Origin: Prasinococcaceae sp. CCMP 1430
Lineage: Eukaryota; Plantae; Prasinodermophyta
Reading direction: 5' to 3'
DNA: 64,000 bases
Assembly: GCA_013416795.1 (NCBI GenBank)
Contig: RQSC01000015.1
Location: forward strand, 260,445-324,444
This document shows positions 23,303-37,058 of the stretch, one piece after another. Each line of letters opens with the position of its first letter. The first letter of the stretch is position 1. Both the position numbers and the translations under genes were made by a program. The notes under the pieces are model-generated. The model searched no databases, had not been told where the DNA came from, and saw only the letters and a list, made by a program, of their open reading frames with translations.

Positions 23303-23687
23303 GGCGCACGAGCGCGCGCCAAGCGCACGGTGTGACACGCACACGCACACATATGGGAACGCCACACACACGCGCCACTGTGCGCGCGCGGCGTCTCGCC
23401 CCCCCCCCACACACACACCCCACCCTCCCACCCTCCCCCCTCTCCGGGCGTCGGGAGAGGAGGGCACGCGTCTTGGCAGGCAGAACGCCTGCGAGGATCA
23501 ACGCGCCGCCCGAGGACGCAGCGCGTCGCGGCGCGACGGGACGGGGTGGGGCGCAGCGCTGGGCGGGGCGGGGCGGCACAGGGGGCGTCCAACCGCGTCC
23601 GCCATGGGGCGAGGCAGGCGCGCCACCCACGGCAACAGCCGCGCCGGCTGCGGCGGCACGCGGCAGCGTGCACCGGCTCTCGCCACG

Positions 23688-26618
23688 ATGGCGACCGTGG
23701 CGCTCGCCGCGGCGCTCGCGATCAGTGCGCCGGCGCCTGCGGCAGGAGCGCTGCCCTGGTTGCCCGCGTGGCTAGGCGGCGCCCCGGGCTCAGACGGGCT
23801 CGCCATCGAGACTGTGTACACCTCAAAGAATCACTTTGGAGAGGGCTACCTGGCGGCGATCTTGGATGCTGGGCCCGAGGCAGTGACGCCGCGCGCGGCG
23901 CCGGGGGCCGGCTGGCGCCTGGTCATTCGCGGTGTGGAAGCCGCGCGCATCACGGTGCCTGTCAACGTGGTGCTGCTGGGCTTTCGCGGGGATGGCAACG
24001 CCGCCGAGCGGCTGAGCGTCGACGAGGAGGAGACTGCGGCGTGGCTGGAGGCGCTCGACGTCGATAGGCCGCACGTCAGAGTGGAGCGTGGCGAGGGCGC
24101 CGGCGCTGTCGGCGACAGGGCGGTCGCGCGTGGGAGCCCTGTGCATCTCAACTTCACCGTACATGCCGTAAACCTGGGCTCGCGTGCCACCGGCGTGATC
24201 GAGCGCCTCATCGCCGCGGCCTCGCGACCTGACGACCCGGAGGCGCCGCCGACGGCCAGGCAGACCTACCAGGTAGACCGACACGAGCTCGCGCGCGCGC
24301 TCGACTCGCTGACCGACGAGCTGCGGCTGGGCGAGCACGGCTACACCATCTTCGTGGCCAACGTGCACCGGCAGCGCGGCATGCCGCGGTACGGCTACCG
24401 ATCCGGGCCATCACCGTCCGAGGTGGAGGCGCTGCTCGACAACGACCTCCTGGCGCAGGCGCGCTCCGAGCTGCTGAGCGAAGCGGGCGAGGTCGTGCGG
24501 CTGGGTGCGGCTGGCGACAAGACGCGGGACCCTCTCGCGCCGCCCTCGTTCTTCAACGCGCACCTTCGCGATCGGCCGGCGCCCAAGCTTCAGGCTCGCG
24601 ACCTGCAGTTTGAGGCGAGCGCCTGGGCGGCCGCGCACGAGAAGGATGTGGAGCGCATGGAGCGCGCGCGCGTGCAGTCGCAGATGGAGAGCGACCCCGA
24701 TCCGCTCTCGGCGGTGTCGTCAGTGGCCGCGGCGGTGCTTGCTGGGAAGCACGGGGATGCGGCTGCGGAGGGCCTCGCTCAGGCCATGGTCGAGCGCGCG
24801 CGCGCGGGTGGTGGATCGACCGAGTCGGTGGAAGGCGCTCCTTCCCTCTCGGAGTGCCTGACCGACGTGGTCTTCGGTGAGAAGCGCTGGATGTGGATCG
24901 ACCTCACGGCCGGGCCCTTCTCGTGGGGGCCGCTCGACCCCGAGCGCGCCTCGGCGTTGCGATCGACGGGCTCGCTGCCCAGCGTGGAGACGATCCTCGG
25001 TGAGGGTGCGAAAAGCAGAGACCCCCGCGAGGCCGCGCATGAGGCCATGCTCCTCGAGCAGGAGCTGGAGTCGATGACCGAGTCGCGGTTTGCAGAGGTG
25101 GAGAGTGACGACGCGCACGACCTCGAGCTGATGGCCGCCGAGCTGGACGTGTACGAACAGTTCGCCAGGCGCCACTGCAACGGCTGGAAGACCGCTCCAC
25201 CGACGTGCGTGCAACTTCACAAGCGCGTGGAGGCAATGGAGCGAGAGTACGCGTCGCTCAAGTCCGAGCTTGCGAGCGCTCCCAGAGACTCGCACCTCCA
25301 CAAGGCGGTCGATCCCCTGCGCTTCAAACGTGTGCGCGCATTGGACCTGTTCGGCGTGGGCAGGCAGGCGCAGCGTGCAATGCACGGACGCGCCACGCTG
25401 CTGTCACGCGTGGGTGCGACCGTATCGCACGCGCTGCGCCACGTGGTTGCGCCGCCCACCGCCACGGGCGGTCGCTTGGGGTACTACGACCAGGCGCACA
25501 TACACTTGTACCTGATCGAGCAACCGGGCCTGCCCATGGTGCTGCGCGCTACCGCCGAGCGCGAGGTCGAGGCCGTGCAGCGCGCGCTCGAGTCGCTTTC
25601 GCTGCCGGCACAGGCATTTCAGGTCACCATCCACAAGCTCTCCCTGGCGGACGACCCGGTGCTAGCGGTCGCGTACTCGGCCTCTCTGCGCTCGGCGAAT
25701 GTGCCCGCACCAGGCGGGCCTGACGACGACAGCGCGGTTGCCCCACGCCACTACCTCGACACTGCAGCGTTGCGCAAGCAGCTCTCTGCGGTGGACGAGG
25801 CCGCGCGCTCGCCCGCGAGCAGCGACGCACGCGCGCGCGCAATCCATCGCCGCACTGCGGAGATACCGGTGTTCCTCTTCGCCCTTGACATGGATCATCC
25901 GGTGTTCGTGGACAACACCGACCACACCGCCATGGCCGTTGGCGACATGGTCATCGGCGTGCAGAGCTCCGCCGGCATCGTGCCCACCGGGCTCGCGTGC
26001 GGCGGGCAACGCGTGGCATCTGACGTCGGCCGCCCCGCCAAAGCGCTGGTGGCCGCCACGATCGAGCAGCTGTCGGGCTTGCTGCCCCCGCATGTCTCTG
26101 CACCGGTGCTGGGGAGCGATGTGGAGGAAGACTGGCTGTGGGCGACGGCGAGTGGCGCGATGGGCGCGCTCTCGCCCGAGAGCGACGTCTACGAAGTGCA
26201 CCGCGACGCCGTGCGCCGAGCTGCGATGATCCACGAGATCGAGGACGCGGTGGCCGCCGCGAACGAGGCCTACGATACCCTGGACGCGCTGCCGCGTCAC
26301 GCGACGCACGCGTTCGCGCCCGGCGCCCTCGTGCGCGCGTATCGCGAAACCCTCGAGGGCATCGCCTCTGTGGGCAAGGCCGCGGGCGAGCTCGACTGGG
26401 AGGGTGCCGCGCGCGCGGTGGCGCCGCTGCGCGCCGCCGTCGCGGCGCTGCGTGCGCGCGTGGCTGAGGTCGCCGAGGCGGCCGATCCGGCGGCGTGCAT
26501 GCGTCGCAGGCGGCTTGTGCTCGGCTGGCCGGCGCTGCTCGGCCTCGCGAGCGCTGGCGTGGCGCTCACCATCCTCTGCCTGCTGCGTAGCAAGCCGCAC
26601 AAGGCGCATATCAACTGA
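23688..26618 (+). CDS. Large type I membrane protein similar to Arabidopsis At5g58100-like proteins
   Basis: Signal peptide, VPVNVVLLGFRGDG, YGYRSGPS, RWMWIDLTAGPFSWGP, ELDVYEQFARRHC, C-terminal TM plus basic tail. Similarity recalled, not searched. Confidence 0.7.
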   Translation: MATVALAAALAISAPAPAAGALPWLPAWLGGAPGSDGLAIETVYTSKNHFGEGYLAAILDAGPEAVTPRAAPGAGWRLVIRGVEAARITVPVNVVLLGFRGDGNAAERLSVDEEETAAWLEALDVDRPHVRVERGEGAGAVGDRAVARGSPVHLNFTVHAVNLGSRATGVIERLIAAASRPDDPEAPPTARQTYQVDRHELARALDSLTDELRLGEHGYTIFVANVHRQRGMPRYGYRSGPSPSEVEALLDNDLLAQARSELLSEAGEVVRLGAAGDKTRDPLAPPSFFNAHLRDRPAPKLQARDLQFEASAWAAAHEKDVERMERARVQSQMESDPDPLSAVSSVAAAVLAGKHGDAAAEGLAQAMVERARAGGGSTESVEGAPSLSECLTDVVFGEKRWMWIDLTAGPFSWGPLDPERASALRSTGSLPSVETILGEGAKSRDPREAAHEAMLLEQELESMTESRFAEVESDDAHDLELMAAELDVYEQFARRHCNGWKTAPPTCVQLHKRVEAMEREYASLKSELASAPRDSHLHKAVDPLRFKRVRALDLFGVGRQAQRAMHGRATLLSRVGATVSHALRHVVAPPTATGGRLGYYDQAHIHLYLIEQPGLPMVLRATAEREVEAVQRALESLSLPAQAFQVTIHKLSLADDPVLAVAYSASLRSANVPAPGGPDDDSAVAPRHYLDTAALRKQLSAVDEAARSPASSDARARAIHRRTAEIPVFLFALDMDHPVFVDNTDHTAMAVGDMVIGVQSSAGIVPTGLACGGQRVASDVGRPAKALVAATIEQLSGLLPPHVSAPVLGSDVEEDWLWATASGAMGALSPESDVYEVHRDAVRRAAMIHEIEDAVAAANEAYDTLDALPRHATHAFAPGALVRAYRETLEGIASVGKAAGELDWEGAARAVAPLRAAVAALRARVAEVAEAADPAACMRRRRLVLGWPALLGLASAGVALTILCLLRSKPHKAHIN

Positions 26619-26848
26619 GCGCGGTCGGAGGTGGTTGCGCGGTCGTAAGGTGAGCTTTGGGGGGGGACGAAGCACCAGTGCGCGGACGCACGCGCGCGCG
26701 CGTGCGCAGGCGCAGTGGCGAGCGCAGGCCCCAAGCGGACGCGTCGCGCCACGTGTTTTCCACCGGCTGAGCGAAATGAATGGCTACGGTCGGCTGTGGC
26801 ACCGGCGGCGCACGTGCGCGTGCGCGCCGCGGGGCGCGCCGCCGCGGC

Positions 26849-28236
<1,388 letters not shown>

Positions 28237-28951
28237 CGCTCCTCCTCCCTCCCGCTGCTCCTGCTGCTGCGCGCGCGCGCGTGCGTGCGAGGGGGGAGGA
28301 GGGAGGGGGGGGCTGGGCAGCACTGCCTCTCGCGCGCGCTGTGGCGGGAACGGATGCGATGCGCACAGATGCCGTTATCGAACCGCACTTATCCTCGCCA
28401 TAATAACGGTTTTCAATGTAGGGTTATTTTATATCCCATCAATGAGACTCATTTTGATGGGTATTTTCGGTGTGTTTGTGGGGGGGCGATGTTTGGGTTT
28501 CGTCGTGCGCAAACTTCGCCATGCGAAGTTTATCGGCATCCAGGCTGTGAAGCAATGCATAGGCCCAGGGCTGACGTGCGTCCCCCGCGTGCTGACGTGT
28601 GCCGCGGCGTGGCAGGCCCGCGGCGCGTGCTCAAGGCCGCGCGCGGGGCAGCGCTCGCCGCGACGCCGTCCAGCCGGCCAGGCAGCGACCGTGCCGCGCG
28701 GCCGCCGCCCGACCGCCAGCACGCCGGGTGTGTGTGCGTCGGCCGCGTGCGTGTGTGTATTTTGTTTTGTTAAAGAGCCGCCGCGGCACGGCACAGCCGC
28801 GCCCCCGTGGGGCATTGCAGGGAGGGGGGCGGTGTGTGGCCGCGGGCGGCACTGCCCGCGCTGCGTGTGAGCACGCGCGCACCAGCCACCACGCGCGCAG
28901 GGGTGGTGCGTTCATTAGATGGGCGGCACGCGTGCTCTGATCGAGACCGAA

Positions 28952-29996
28952 TTAGTCCACGTCGACCATCGCAGCCACCTCGCTCTCCGAGAACTTGCCC
29001 GCCGCCTTGCCGTCCTGCGCGGACTTGTTGCGGCGCTCGAGCAGCGCCTTCCTGTCCTTGTCAAGCTTGATCTTGGTGATCTCCACCTTGGAGGGGTCGA
29101 GGCCGACCGAGACCGTAGCGCCGTTGACCTTCTCGCGCGTGATGCGCTCGACGTGGATCACCCACTTCTTGCGGTACACCGTGACGACCTTGCCCTCGCG
29201 GCCCTTGTAGGTGCCGCGCACGACGCGCACCTCATCGTCCTTGCGGATGGGCACGCAGCGCACCTGTGATGTGATGTTTGTGTGTGTGACGGAAAGGGGG
29301 GCATCCGCACGCACGCTAGTCAGCATTCGCGCACAGCGTGCCAGCGGCGAGCGCCCCCGAGCGCCCCGGGCACACACAAGAGAGAAGGAATGCAGCGAGC
29401 GGGACTGGCTGGGAAAAGGTCCGCGGAGGCGTGCGACGGGCGGCAATGCGCACGGCAGCCGTCGCCCGCTCGCCGCGGTCATCGCGAGGGCAAGAGGGCA
29501 GCCCGGCGCCCATCGCACCCCTATGCCCCGCGCATGCTCACGATCCGTCCGCGAAAGGAGCGCGGGCGATGCACCTGGCTTCGCTGCTTCCCGCACCCGC
29601 GAGCGGCAGCGCGGCCCGGCGCTCGCGGCGCGAATCCTCACGGGCGGATGGTGGGTGGTGGCGGAGGCAGCGCGCAGCGCGGCGGCAGCCTCGCAGCGCG
29701 CATCGTGAGCGCCACGCCGGTGGCGGTGCCAGCCATCACGCTGGCCTTCGGCTACATGATCGTGTTCAACACCGACCTCGCACCCTGGCTGGGCTCGATG
29801 CCGCTAGCAGAGCGCCCCCACACGCCCGCGAGCCGCCGCGCCGCGGCGCGCCGCGTGCGCGACGCACGTTGTACTTCTGCTTGAGCTCGTTGGAGAGCGG
29901 CGTGGACATGCGGCGGCGGCGCTCCGACGAGGGCGCGTCGAAGTGCGCCTTGCGCTGCTTCCTGCGCGACGAGGTCACGTTCGCCGAGAACTTCAT
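28952..29996 (-). CDS. RPL26: 60S ribosomal protein L26 (uL24); intron 29264..29867
   Basis: [33 protein letters not shown]|[35 protein letters not shown]. Confidence 0.96.
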
Positions 29997-30606
29997 GGCG
30001 GCTGGCGGGGGTGGGGTGCGTGCGCGCACTGTGGCGCGCGGCAGAGAGGAGCGACCGCGCGCAGCCGCCGCCCCGAAAACCAAAAAAAAAGAAAAAAAGG
30101 AGTGCAACGCATTTTCGGTTCCGTCGGACGAAATGAGCATCTTCGGCCCGTAATTAAATGACGATAATCGTACACAACGCGGCTTCGAGGAACGTTAAAT
30201 CCAATCCGACGGGTTTTTTTAATGGTTTGTCTTTGTTTTTTGTTTTTTTCGGGGGGGTGCGGCGGGCGGCGTCGCTGCCGAGGCACCGTCGCAAAACCAA
30301 CAAATAAATCAAAATCAAAATGTTCTGCTCTTCCGTATGTTTTGATAGTATTTAAGATCAATGCATTTGGGAGGTATTTGGGTCGCACATCCGAAAATAT
30401 TAGAGGTTCGCGGACAATAGGATGGCGCCACACGAGAGGTCTTTCGTAATTGTTATTTTGGACGGCGGGTGAGCGTGCGCACAGCGCACGGAGCGTGTGA
30501 GGGTGCTGTGTGCGCGCGTGCGTGCGTGCGAGCGTGGGGGGGTGGGGGGTGCGTGCGTGCGTGCGTGCGTGCGTGCGCACGTGCGTCGGTGCGCGCGCCG
30601 CGCGCC

Positions 30607-31738
30607 ATGTGTTCCCTGCGGTGTACGCGGTGGTGCGCGCGGGGGGGGGCGCGCACCACTCGCTGCGTCCGCGTCGCGCGCGCCGACGCCGACGCCGTCG
30701 TTCTCGCGCGGCTTCGCGGCGGCGGCGGCCTCTTCCTCCGCTTCGGCCTCCTCGCGTCGCGACTACTACGAGGAGCTCGGCGTCCCGCGCGGCGCCGACG
30801 CCGCGGCCATCAAGAAGGCGTACCACGCGCTCGCCAAGAAGTACCATCCCGACGCCAACGGCGGCGACGCCGAGGCGGCCGCGCGCTTCCAGGACGTGCA
30901 GCGCGCGTATGACTGCCTGAAGGACCCGGCGAGGCGGCGCGAGTACGACGCGGCGGGCGGAGACCCGCGCGCGTACGAGGAGGGCGGCTTCCGCGCGGGG
31001 GGCGCCCAGGGCTTTGGCGGCGGCGGCGCGCAGGGCTTCGGCGGCTTCGGCGGCGGGCGCGTGGACATGGAGGACATCATGCGCGAGTTCTTCGGCGGCG
31101 GCGCGTTCGGCGGCGGCATGGGGGGAATGCGGCGCGAGGACGGCGCCACTGTGCAGGTGGAGGTGGAGGTGAGCCTGCGCGAGGCCGCCAAGGGCCTGCG
31201 CCGCACCATCAGCCTGCCCGAGGTGGACGCCGCCGGCAGGCAGACGGGAGGGGTGAGGCAGGTGGAGCTTGACATCCCCGCGGGGGTGGGCAGCGGCGTG
31301 CGGCTGCAGATGAGGGGTATGGGGGGGCCGCCGAGGACGGGGCAGGGGCGCGCGGGCGACCTCCTCGTGCAGGTGCGCGTGCGGCCCGACCCCACGTTCG
31401 AGCGCGACGGCGACGACGTGCACGTGGAGGCGTCGGTGCCCTTCCCCACGGCAGCGCTAGGCGGCAGCGTGCGCGTGCCCACGCTCGACGGCGACATCTC
31501 CATGCGCGTGGGCGCCGGCACGCAAGGCGGCGCGCAGCTGCGCCTGCGCGCGCGCGGTATGCCGCGCCTGCGCGGGGGCGGCCGCGGCGACCAGTTCGTG
31601 CACCTGAAGGTGGACGTGCCCAGGCGTCTCACGCCGCGTGCGCGAGAGCTGCTTGAGCAGCTGCAGGAGGAGCTCACCGATGGGGCCGCGGGCGACAGGG
31701 CGGGCGGCAAGCGCGCCCGCGCGGCAGGGGCCTACTGA
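30607..31738 (+). CDS. DnaJ/Hsp40 type II (J domain, G/F region, CTD, no Zn finger), probably mitochondrial; start needs a 1-nt correction in the G9 run 30641-30649
   Basis: DYYEELGV..KKYHPD..RREYD, G/F-rich linker, LDIPAGV, GDLLVQV..FERDGDD. Arg/Ser/Ala-rich presequence. Confidence 0.88.
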
Positions 31739-32345
31739 GCGCGCCTCCCCGCGTGCCGCCGCGCGCACGCGCGCGCGCGCGCGCACACACACACAGAACC
31801 ATTATTTTGTCGCCGCATGGGACTGCACCGAGGGGCACAGCTGCGCTGCACGTGCCCGCGGCGCGCCAAGGCGTTGCGAATGTGAGAGAAAGGCTGTCGG
31901 ACCTGCCCCCTCACGCAAACCAGCGCGCGAGCGAGCGAGCGCTCAAAGCGTACAGCGCGTTCGCTCACGCACGCACACGCGAGCGCAGCCCGTCGCGCGG
32001 GCGCGAGCGCGTTGAGCGCGTGTCGCACAAAAGCTGCCGGTCTGCACAATATTACGACAAACATCCCGGCCTGTCCCTCGCGTGGGCGCTGGCTGCAGCA
32101 ATGGTAGCGCCCAGTTGTGGGGGAAGTCGGCGCGAGGGCGGGCGGGCGCGTCGAGGCGCTGCAGCGCGAGCGCCGGCCAGTGCGGGGGAGGCTCCGTGCC
32201 TCCCCTCCCGCTATGTATGCCGGCGCCTGCCTCGAGTGCGTCGCGCGCGCGCGCGCCGTGCGTGGTGGCACGGCGGCGGCGCGCGCGGCGCGCGGCCCGT
32301 CCCCCCTCCCCGTTCCCTTCCGCCGATCGCCTCTCGCGCGCACGC

Positions 32346-33308
32346 TTAGGCGATGGTGGAGCGGCCCACGACGTACACGCGGATGAGGTTGTCGGTGAAG
32401 CCAGTGAAGAGGGTGGAGCCGTCGGCGCTCCACGCCATCGACACGCAGTAGGGCGCCTGGGCCTTCTTGCCCATGGGCGGGAACTCCGGGCGGAGCTCGT
32501 CCACGATGGACTTGGACTCGAGGTCCCAGATCTTGATGACCGACTGGGTGGCCGCGCACAGCCAGTAGCGGTTGGGCGAGAAGCACAGCGAGTGGATGAT
32601 GTCGCCGGCGTCGAGCGAGTACAGGCGCTTGCCCTCGGCGAGGTCCCACAGCATGGCGACGCCGTCCTTGCCGCCCGAGGCGCACAGCGAGCCGTCGGGG
32701 GAGACGGTCACGGTGTTGATGTAGCCGGTGTGGCCCACGAGGTTGGTGCGGAGCTTGCAGTTGGTGAGGTTCCACACCTTGACGAGCTTGTCCCAGCCGC
32801 CCGACACGATGATCGGGTTGGAGGTCACCGGCGAGAAGCGCACGCACGACACCCACTCGGTGTGGCCCTCGGGCTCCTGGATGGTGTACTTGCACTCGCC
32901 GAGGGTGTTCCACAGCTTGATGGTCTTGTCGCGCGAGCCCGACACGATCTGGCGGTTGTCCACCGAGAAGGCCACCGAGAGCACGTCCTTGGTGTGGCCG
33001 AGGAAGCGGCGGGTGGTCGCGCCGGTGTTCAGGTCCCACAGGCGCAGGGTGCCGTCCCACGAGCCGGAGAGCGCGAACTGGCCGTCCGAGGAGATCACGA
33101 CGTCCTCGACGAAGTGCGAGTGGCCCTTCAGCGCGCGGCGCGCATGGCCGTAGTTGCCCTCCTCGCGGGTGAGGTTCCACAGGATGACGGTCTTGTCACG
33201 CGACGACGAGATGAGGGTGTCGCCGTTGTCCAGCGGGCAGGCGATCGAGGTCACCCAGCCGGAGTGACCCTTGAGGGTGCCGCGAAGGGTGAGGTTCTCA
33301 GCCTGCAT
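32346..33308 (-). CDS. RACK1: RACK1 (7 WD40 repeats), intronless
   Basis: [67 protein letters not shown]. Confidence 0.98.
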   Translation of the reverse strand: MQAENLTLRGTLKGHSGWVTSIACPLDNGDTLISSSRDKTVILWNLTREEGNYGHARRALKGHSHFVEDVVISSDGQFALSGSWDGTLRLWDLNTGATTRRFLGHTKDVLSVAFSVDNRQIVSGSRDKTIKLWNTLGECKYTIQEPEGHTEWVSCVRFSPVTSNPIIVSGGWDKLVKVWNLTNCKLRTNLVGHTGYINTVTVSPDGSLCASGGKDGVAMLWDLAEGKRLYSLDAGDIIHSLCFSPNRYWLCAATQSVIKIWDLESKSIVDELRPEFPPMGKKAQAPYCVSMAWSADGSTLFTGFTDNLIRVYVVGRSTIA

Positions 33309-35031
33309 TTGAGCGGGCGAGTTCCCGGGAGGGCGCGCCGGCGTCAGCGTACGTGGCGTATGTGCTCAGGACATGCCCGTGCGCCGCGAGCGCCACAGCG
33401 CAGCTCGATTCGACTTCGGCGGGCACCAACGGGTCCGCGACGCGCTCGCGCTCGCGCAACTCGCGGAGCGCGTGCGCCACGTGCACCGCCGCCGCGCGGC
33501 ACGGCACTGCTTCGGGCCTGCGCTCCTAGGGTTGGCGCCCGCCTCAAGGAGCAGCCGAAGGCACTCCGGGTCGCTGTTCGTTCCGCCACGCGCGGATCGC
33601 GCTCGCGTGTGCCACCGCGCCAGCGCGCCGCCCGCCCCCTCCCACACACCCCACATGCACATCGGCGGCGCATGCGGCGCGTGCGGGCTCGCTCTCGCAC
33701 GCGGCGAGCCCGCACGACGCACGTGTCACACGTGTGAAGACGCGCATTCGTGCCCTCGTGCGTGCTCGTCCCGGCGTGGATACGCAGACTCGTGAGCAAC
33801 CTGCCGTACGCGCTCTCGACGGCAAGCAATTGAATGCGCGTGCAGAGCGGCACTGCAGTACAGTACGCCCGCAGTGCTGATACGCATGTGGCGTCAGACG
33901 GTCAGCCGCGAGCTGCCGAACACACCCGCAACTGGTCGCGCCGGCGGCAGACGCTTTGACAGCCGTGCGGGCGCATCGTCGTCGCGTGCCAACGCGCGCC
34001 CTCTCCGCCAGGGGGGGCTTGGAAGGTGGGCGGTCGTCAGCGTCAGGGGGCGGCGAGAGCGCCGCCGCGAGCTCCTTGGCGGCGGTCGTGCTCCTCGAGG
34101 ATTTGACCGCATCGAACGTGCACGTGCGCGAAATATCATACTGTACCCTACGTACCTATGACCCCAAACATGAATTTGCAACCTGCACATTGTTCAGTAC
34201 CCGGTACGTAAATTCACACGACGTAACCCGAACTTGATGTCCACCAACCAAAGACTTTCCCGTTTGTATGCGTAATGGTCGGCTGGGTGCTGCGTGCGCC
34301 ATCCGATTGCCGTGGTTTTGCGCATTTTTGACGTAGGAATGGATGCTTCGTTTGAAAGAACGGATGCTGCGCGCGTTTCGGGCGCTCGTTTTTTGCTGCG
34401 GCCGCCGCCGGGACGATGCCACTGCGCGCGCGTGCAGCGGGCGCGCCGCCGCGCCGGCGCCCCCGCCGACGACGACGGCACCCCTCCATCCTCCGCCCTC
34501 CCCTCCTCGCATCCGACGCGCGCGCGGCAACGCACCATGGTGAGCGTGAAGTTAGGGGGCAGGGGCAGAGCGCAGGGTGTGGCGCGATGGGAGCGCTGGG
34601 GCGCCGAGTGCGCCCTCGCGCGCGGGGGCGCCCAGGTCGAAACGAACCTTTTCTGGTCCAAGGTCAAAATGAAACCGCCGCCGGCGGCGCAATGCATTTT
34701 GACATGCAATGAGATCTCATAGCAACCCTGCGCGCCGCCGGCGGCCGGGATTCCACCGGTTCCGAGGGCGTAAATCTCATGGAATCCATTGCGGATATAA
34801 GATGTTTCATCATGTAATATCGATGTGTTGGATTCGTCTGGATTCCGGATTAGGTTGCGCGTGCGTGTGGGTCGCGCCATGAGCGGTCGCGCGCGGCGTG
34901 AGGAGGCGGCGGGGGTGGGCGCGCGAACGTCGCGGTGCCACTTCGCGAGGACCTTCGGGAGCGTCGTCACCAACCCCTCCCCCTCGCCCCCCGACCACCC
35001 CCTTCCTACCCAACCCACACCTCCACCCAAG

Positions 35032-35742
35032 ATGTCTGAGTGCGTTGCGCGCGCGCGCGGTGCGCTGCGACGCGCGCGAGGAGGAGGCGCGTGTGTGTGC
35101 AGCCAGGCCTGCGCAACCCTAAGCACGGCGACCGCAGCAGCTGGCCGCGCCGCTGCGGCGGCAGGACGGCGTGTGAGGGTGTCGGCGTAGGTGGGGATGT
35201 GTGCGGGTGTGTGGGCGGGCGGCTGGACGCGCGCTCCTGCGTGTGCGTGAGGCTGACGCCCGCGCGATCGACGCCGCTGCTGCCCCCCTTGCCCCCGCAG
35301 CGAGCCGGTCCAGGAGCCTGTGGCCATGGAGTCGGAGGGCCCGTCCCTCGGCGAGGCCGACGCGCCCAAGGAGCCGCTCGACCTCAACTCGGCGCTCCAG
35401 ATGGTGCTGAAGAAGGCCCTCGCGCACGACGGCCTCGCGCGCGGCCTGCACGAGGTCGTGCGCGAGATCGAGCGCTCGGGCGCCCAGCTCGTGGTGCTCT
35501 CGGAGAACTGCGCGCAGGCGGACTACAAGAAGCTGATCGAGGCGCTCTGCCACGAGAAGAACGTGCCGCTCATGACCGTCCCCGACCAGATGCAGCTCGG
35601 CGAGTGGGCCGGCCTCTGCAAGATCGACGCCGAGGGCAACGCGCGCAAGGTCGTCAAGTGCGGCGCCGCGGCCATCCGCGACTGGGGTGAGGAGACCGAG
35701 GGCCTCAACGTCGTGCAGGCCAACCTCAAGTCGGCCGAGTAA
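35032..35742 (+). CDS. RPS12: 40S ribosomal protein S12 (eS12); join(35032..35039,35301..35742)
   Basis: ALQMVLKKALAHDGLARGLHE, YKKLIEALC, LGEWAGLCKIDAEGNARKVVKC. An 8-nt first exon ATGTCTGA splices in frame. Confidence 0.95.
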
Positions 35743-35995
35743 GCGCTGATCGCGCGCGATCGCCCGCCCTCGCATGCGCGCGCACCGTGAGGGAGGCACT
35801 GTAAAGAACCCCCCGCACACGCGCACGCGTGCTCTTGGGAAATCCGCGACGCCCTCGGGGCACATGCACACGCACGCGAGCGCGCGTTGCGTTGTGTGTG
35901 CACGCGCGTGCGCGCGACACGCTGTCCATACAGTGTATTGTTACAGGCGAAGCTAGGCGGCACACGCACGCACGTCTTCGCACGAGGCATTGAGC

Positions 35996-36430
35996 TCACC
36001 CTTCCCCGGCGGCCCCCTCAGCGCTGGCGCCGGCAGAGGATGGCTCAGGCGGATACACTGGCTCGCCGCGCGCGTCCAGCGGCAGCGCAAAGCCATTGAT
36101 GAGCGGCGAGTTGTGGAAGAGGATGCGTCGGAGCCGCCGCGGCGCGCCAAGAACCAGGAGCGCGGACTGCTCCGAGCGCTCTGCGCGCGGCGCCCCTGCT
36201 GGCAGCGGCGCCAGCGCGGTGATTTCGTCCACCTGCAGCAGCTTGAGGCCGCTCTGCTCGGCGGGCGCGAGAACGCGAGCATGCAGCAGGTCCGCCAGTA
36301 TGCCGTCGCCCTTGGCGGCCGCGTCGGCCGGGTGGGCCTCGCCGTCGTCGCCCGCGCGAGCCGGCAGTGTCCACACCCGCGTGCCCTGAGTGGCTGCGTG
36401 CAGCCGCAGCCCCTCGCGCGAGCCCGCTGC

Positions 36431-36461
<31 letters not shown>

Positions 36462-36916
36462 TGTCAGCGCCGAAATGCATGTGCGTGTGTGCACGTGTAC
36501 GTATGCGCGTGTGCGTGTGTGCGTGAATGAGGGTGCGAGGGCGGGTCTGCGTACCTGTGTCGCGCGTGAGCGCGAGCGCCGTCACTGGCTCCGCCGCCTC
36601 GACGTCGCGGGTGTGCGTGAGTGAAATGCTTGGCCTACCATCCGCGCCCGCCTGTGCTTGCGTGTGCGCGAGAGTGTGCAGGTGGATGGACGCGCCTGTA
36701 GCGCTGGCGACCAGCACGGACCCGCCCGGTGTGACCTCCGCGACGGCGAGCGCGCCCGCAGCGCGGCACGGCGCGGTGGTTAGCGCCGCCGGCGCCGATG
36801 CGTGCACGCGCGCGTCGGCCCCCACCGCGTCCACGCCGGCGTCGAGGCACATGCGCCACGCCTTCAGATTGCCAGCGCAGTCTGCCGCCACAAGCGTCTG
36901 CGCCGCCACCGCTGTG

Positions 36917-36968
<52 letters not shown>

Positions 36969-37058
36969 TGTGCGGGCGACCCCCTCCCTCCGCCCCTCCC
37001 TCCCCACACGCGCGCGCCGGTCCGAGCGCGAGCGCACGCCCGGCAGCGCGTGCGCACG

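Noticed and set aside
29264-29867. Possible intronic snoRNA in the long RPL26 intron
   Set aside because: No paired C/D or H/ACA boxes recognised on the sense strand.
30641-30649. Programmed frameshift in the DnaJ presequence
   Set aside because: A G9 homopolymer; a one-base correction gives a normal targeting peptide, so a sequencing error is more likely.
34140-34400. Lower-GC segment as a possible transposon or HGT fragment
   Set aside because: No ORF similarity, TIRs or TSDs; fits promoter DNA like the other intergenic patches.
34700-34815. Box C-like ATGATGA on the minus strand (34807-34813), candidate C/D snoRNA
   Set aside because: No downstream CTGA box D within snoRNA range and no terminal stem.
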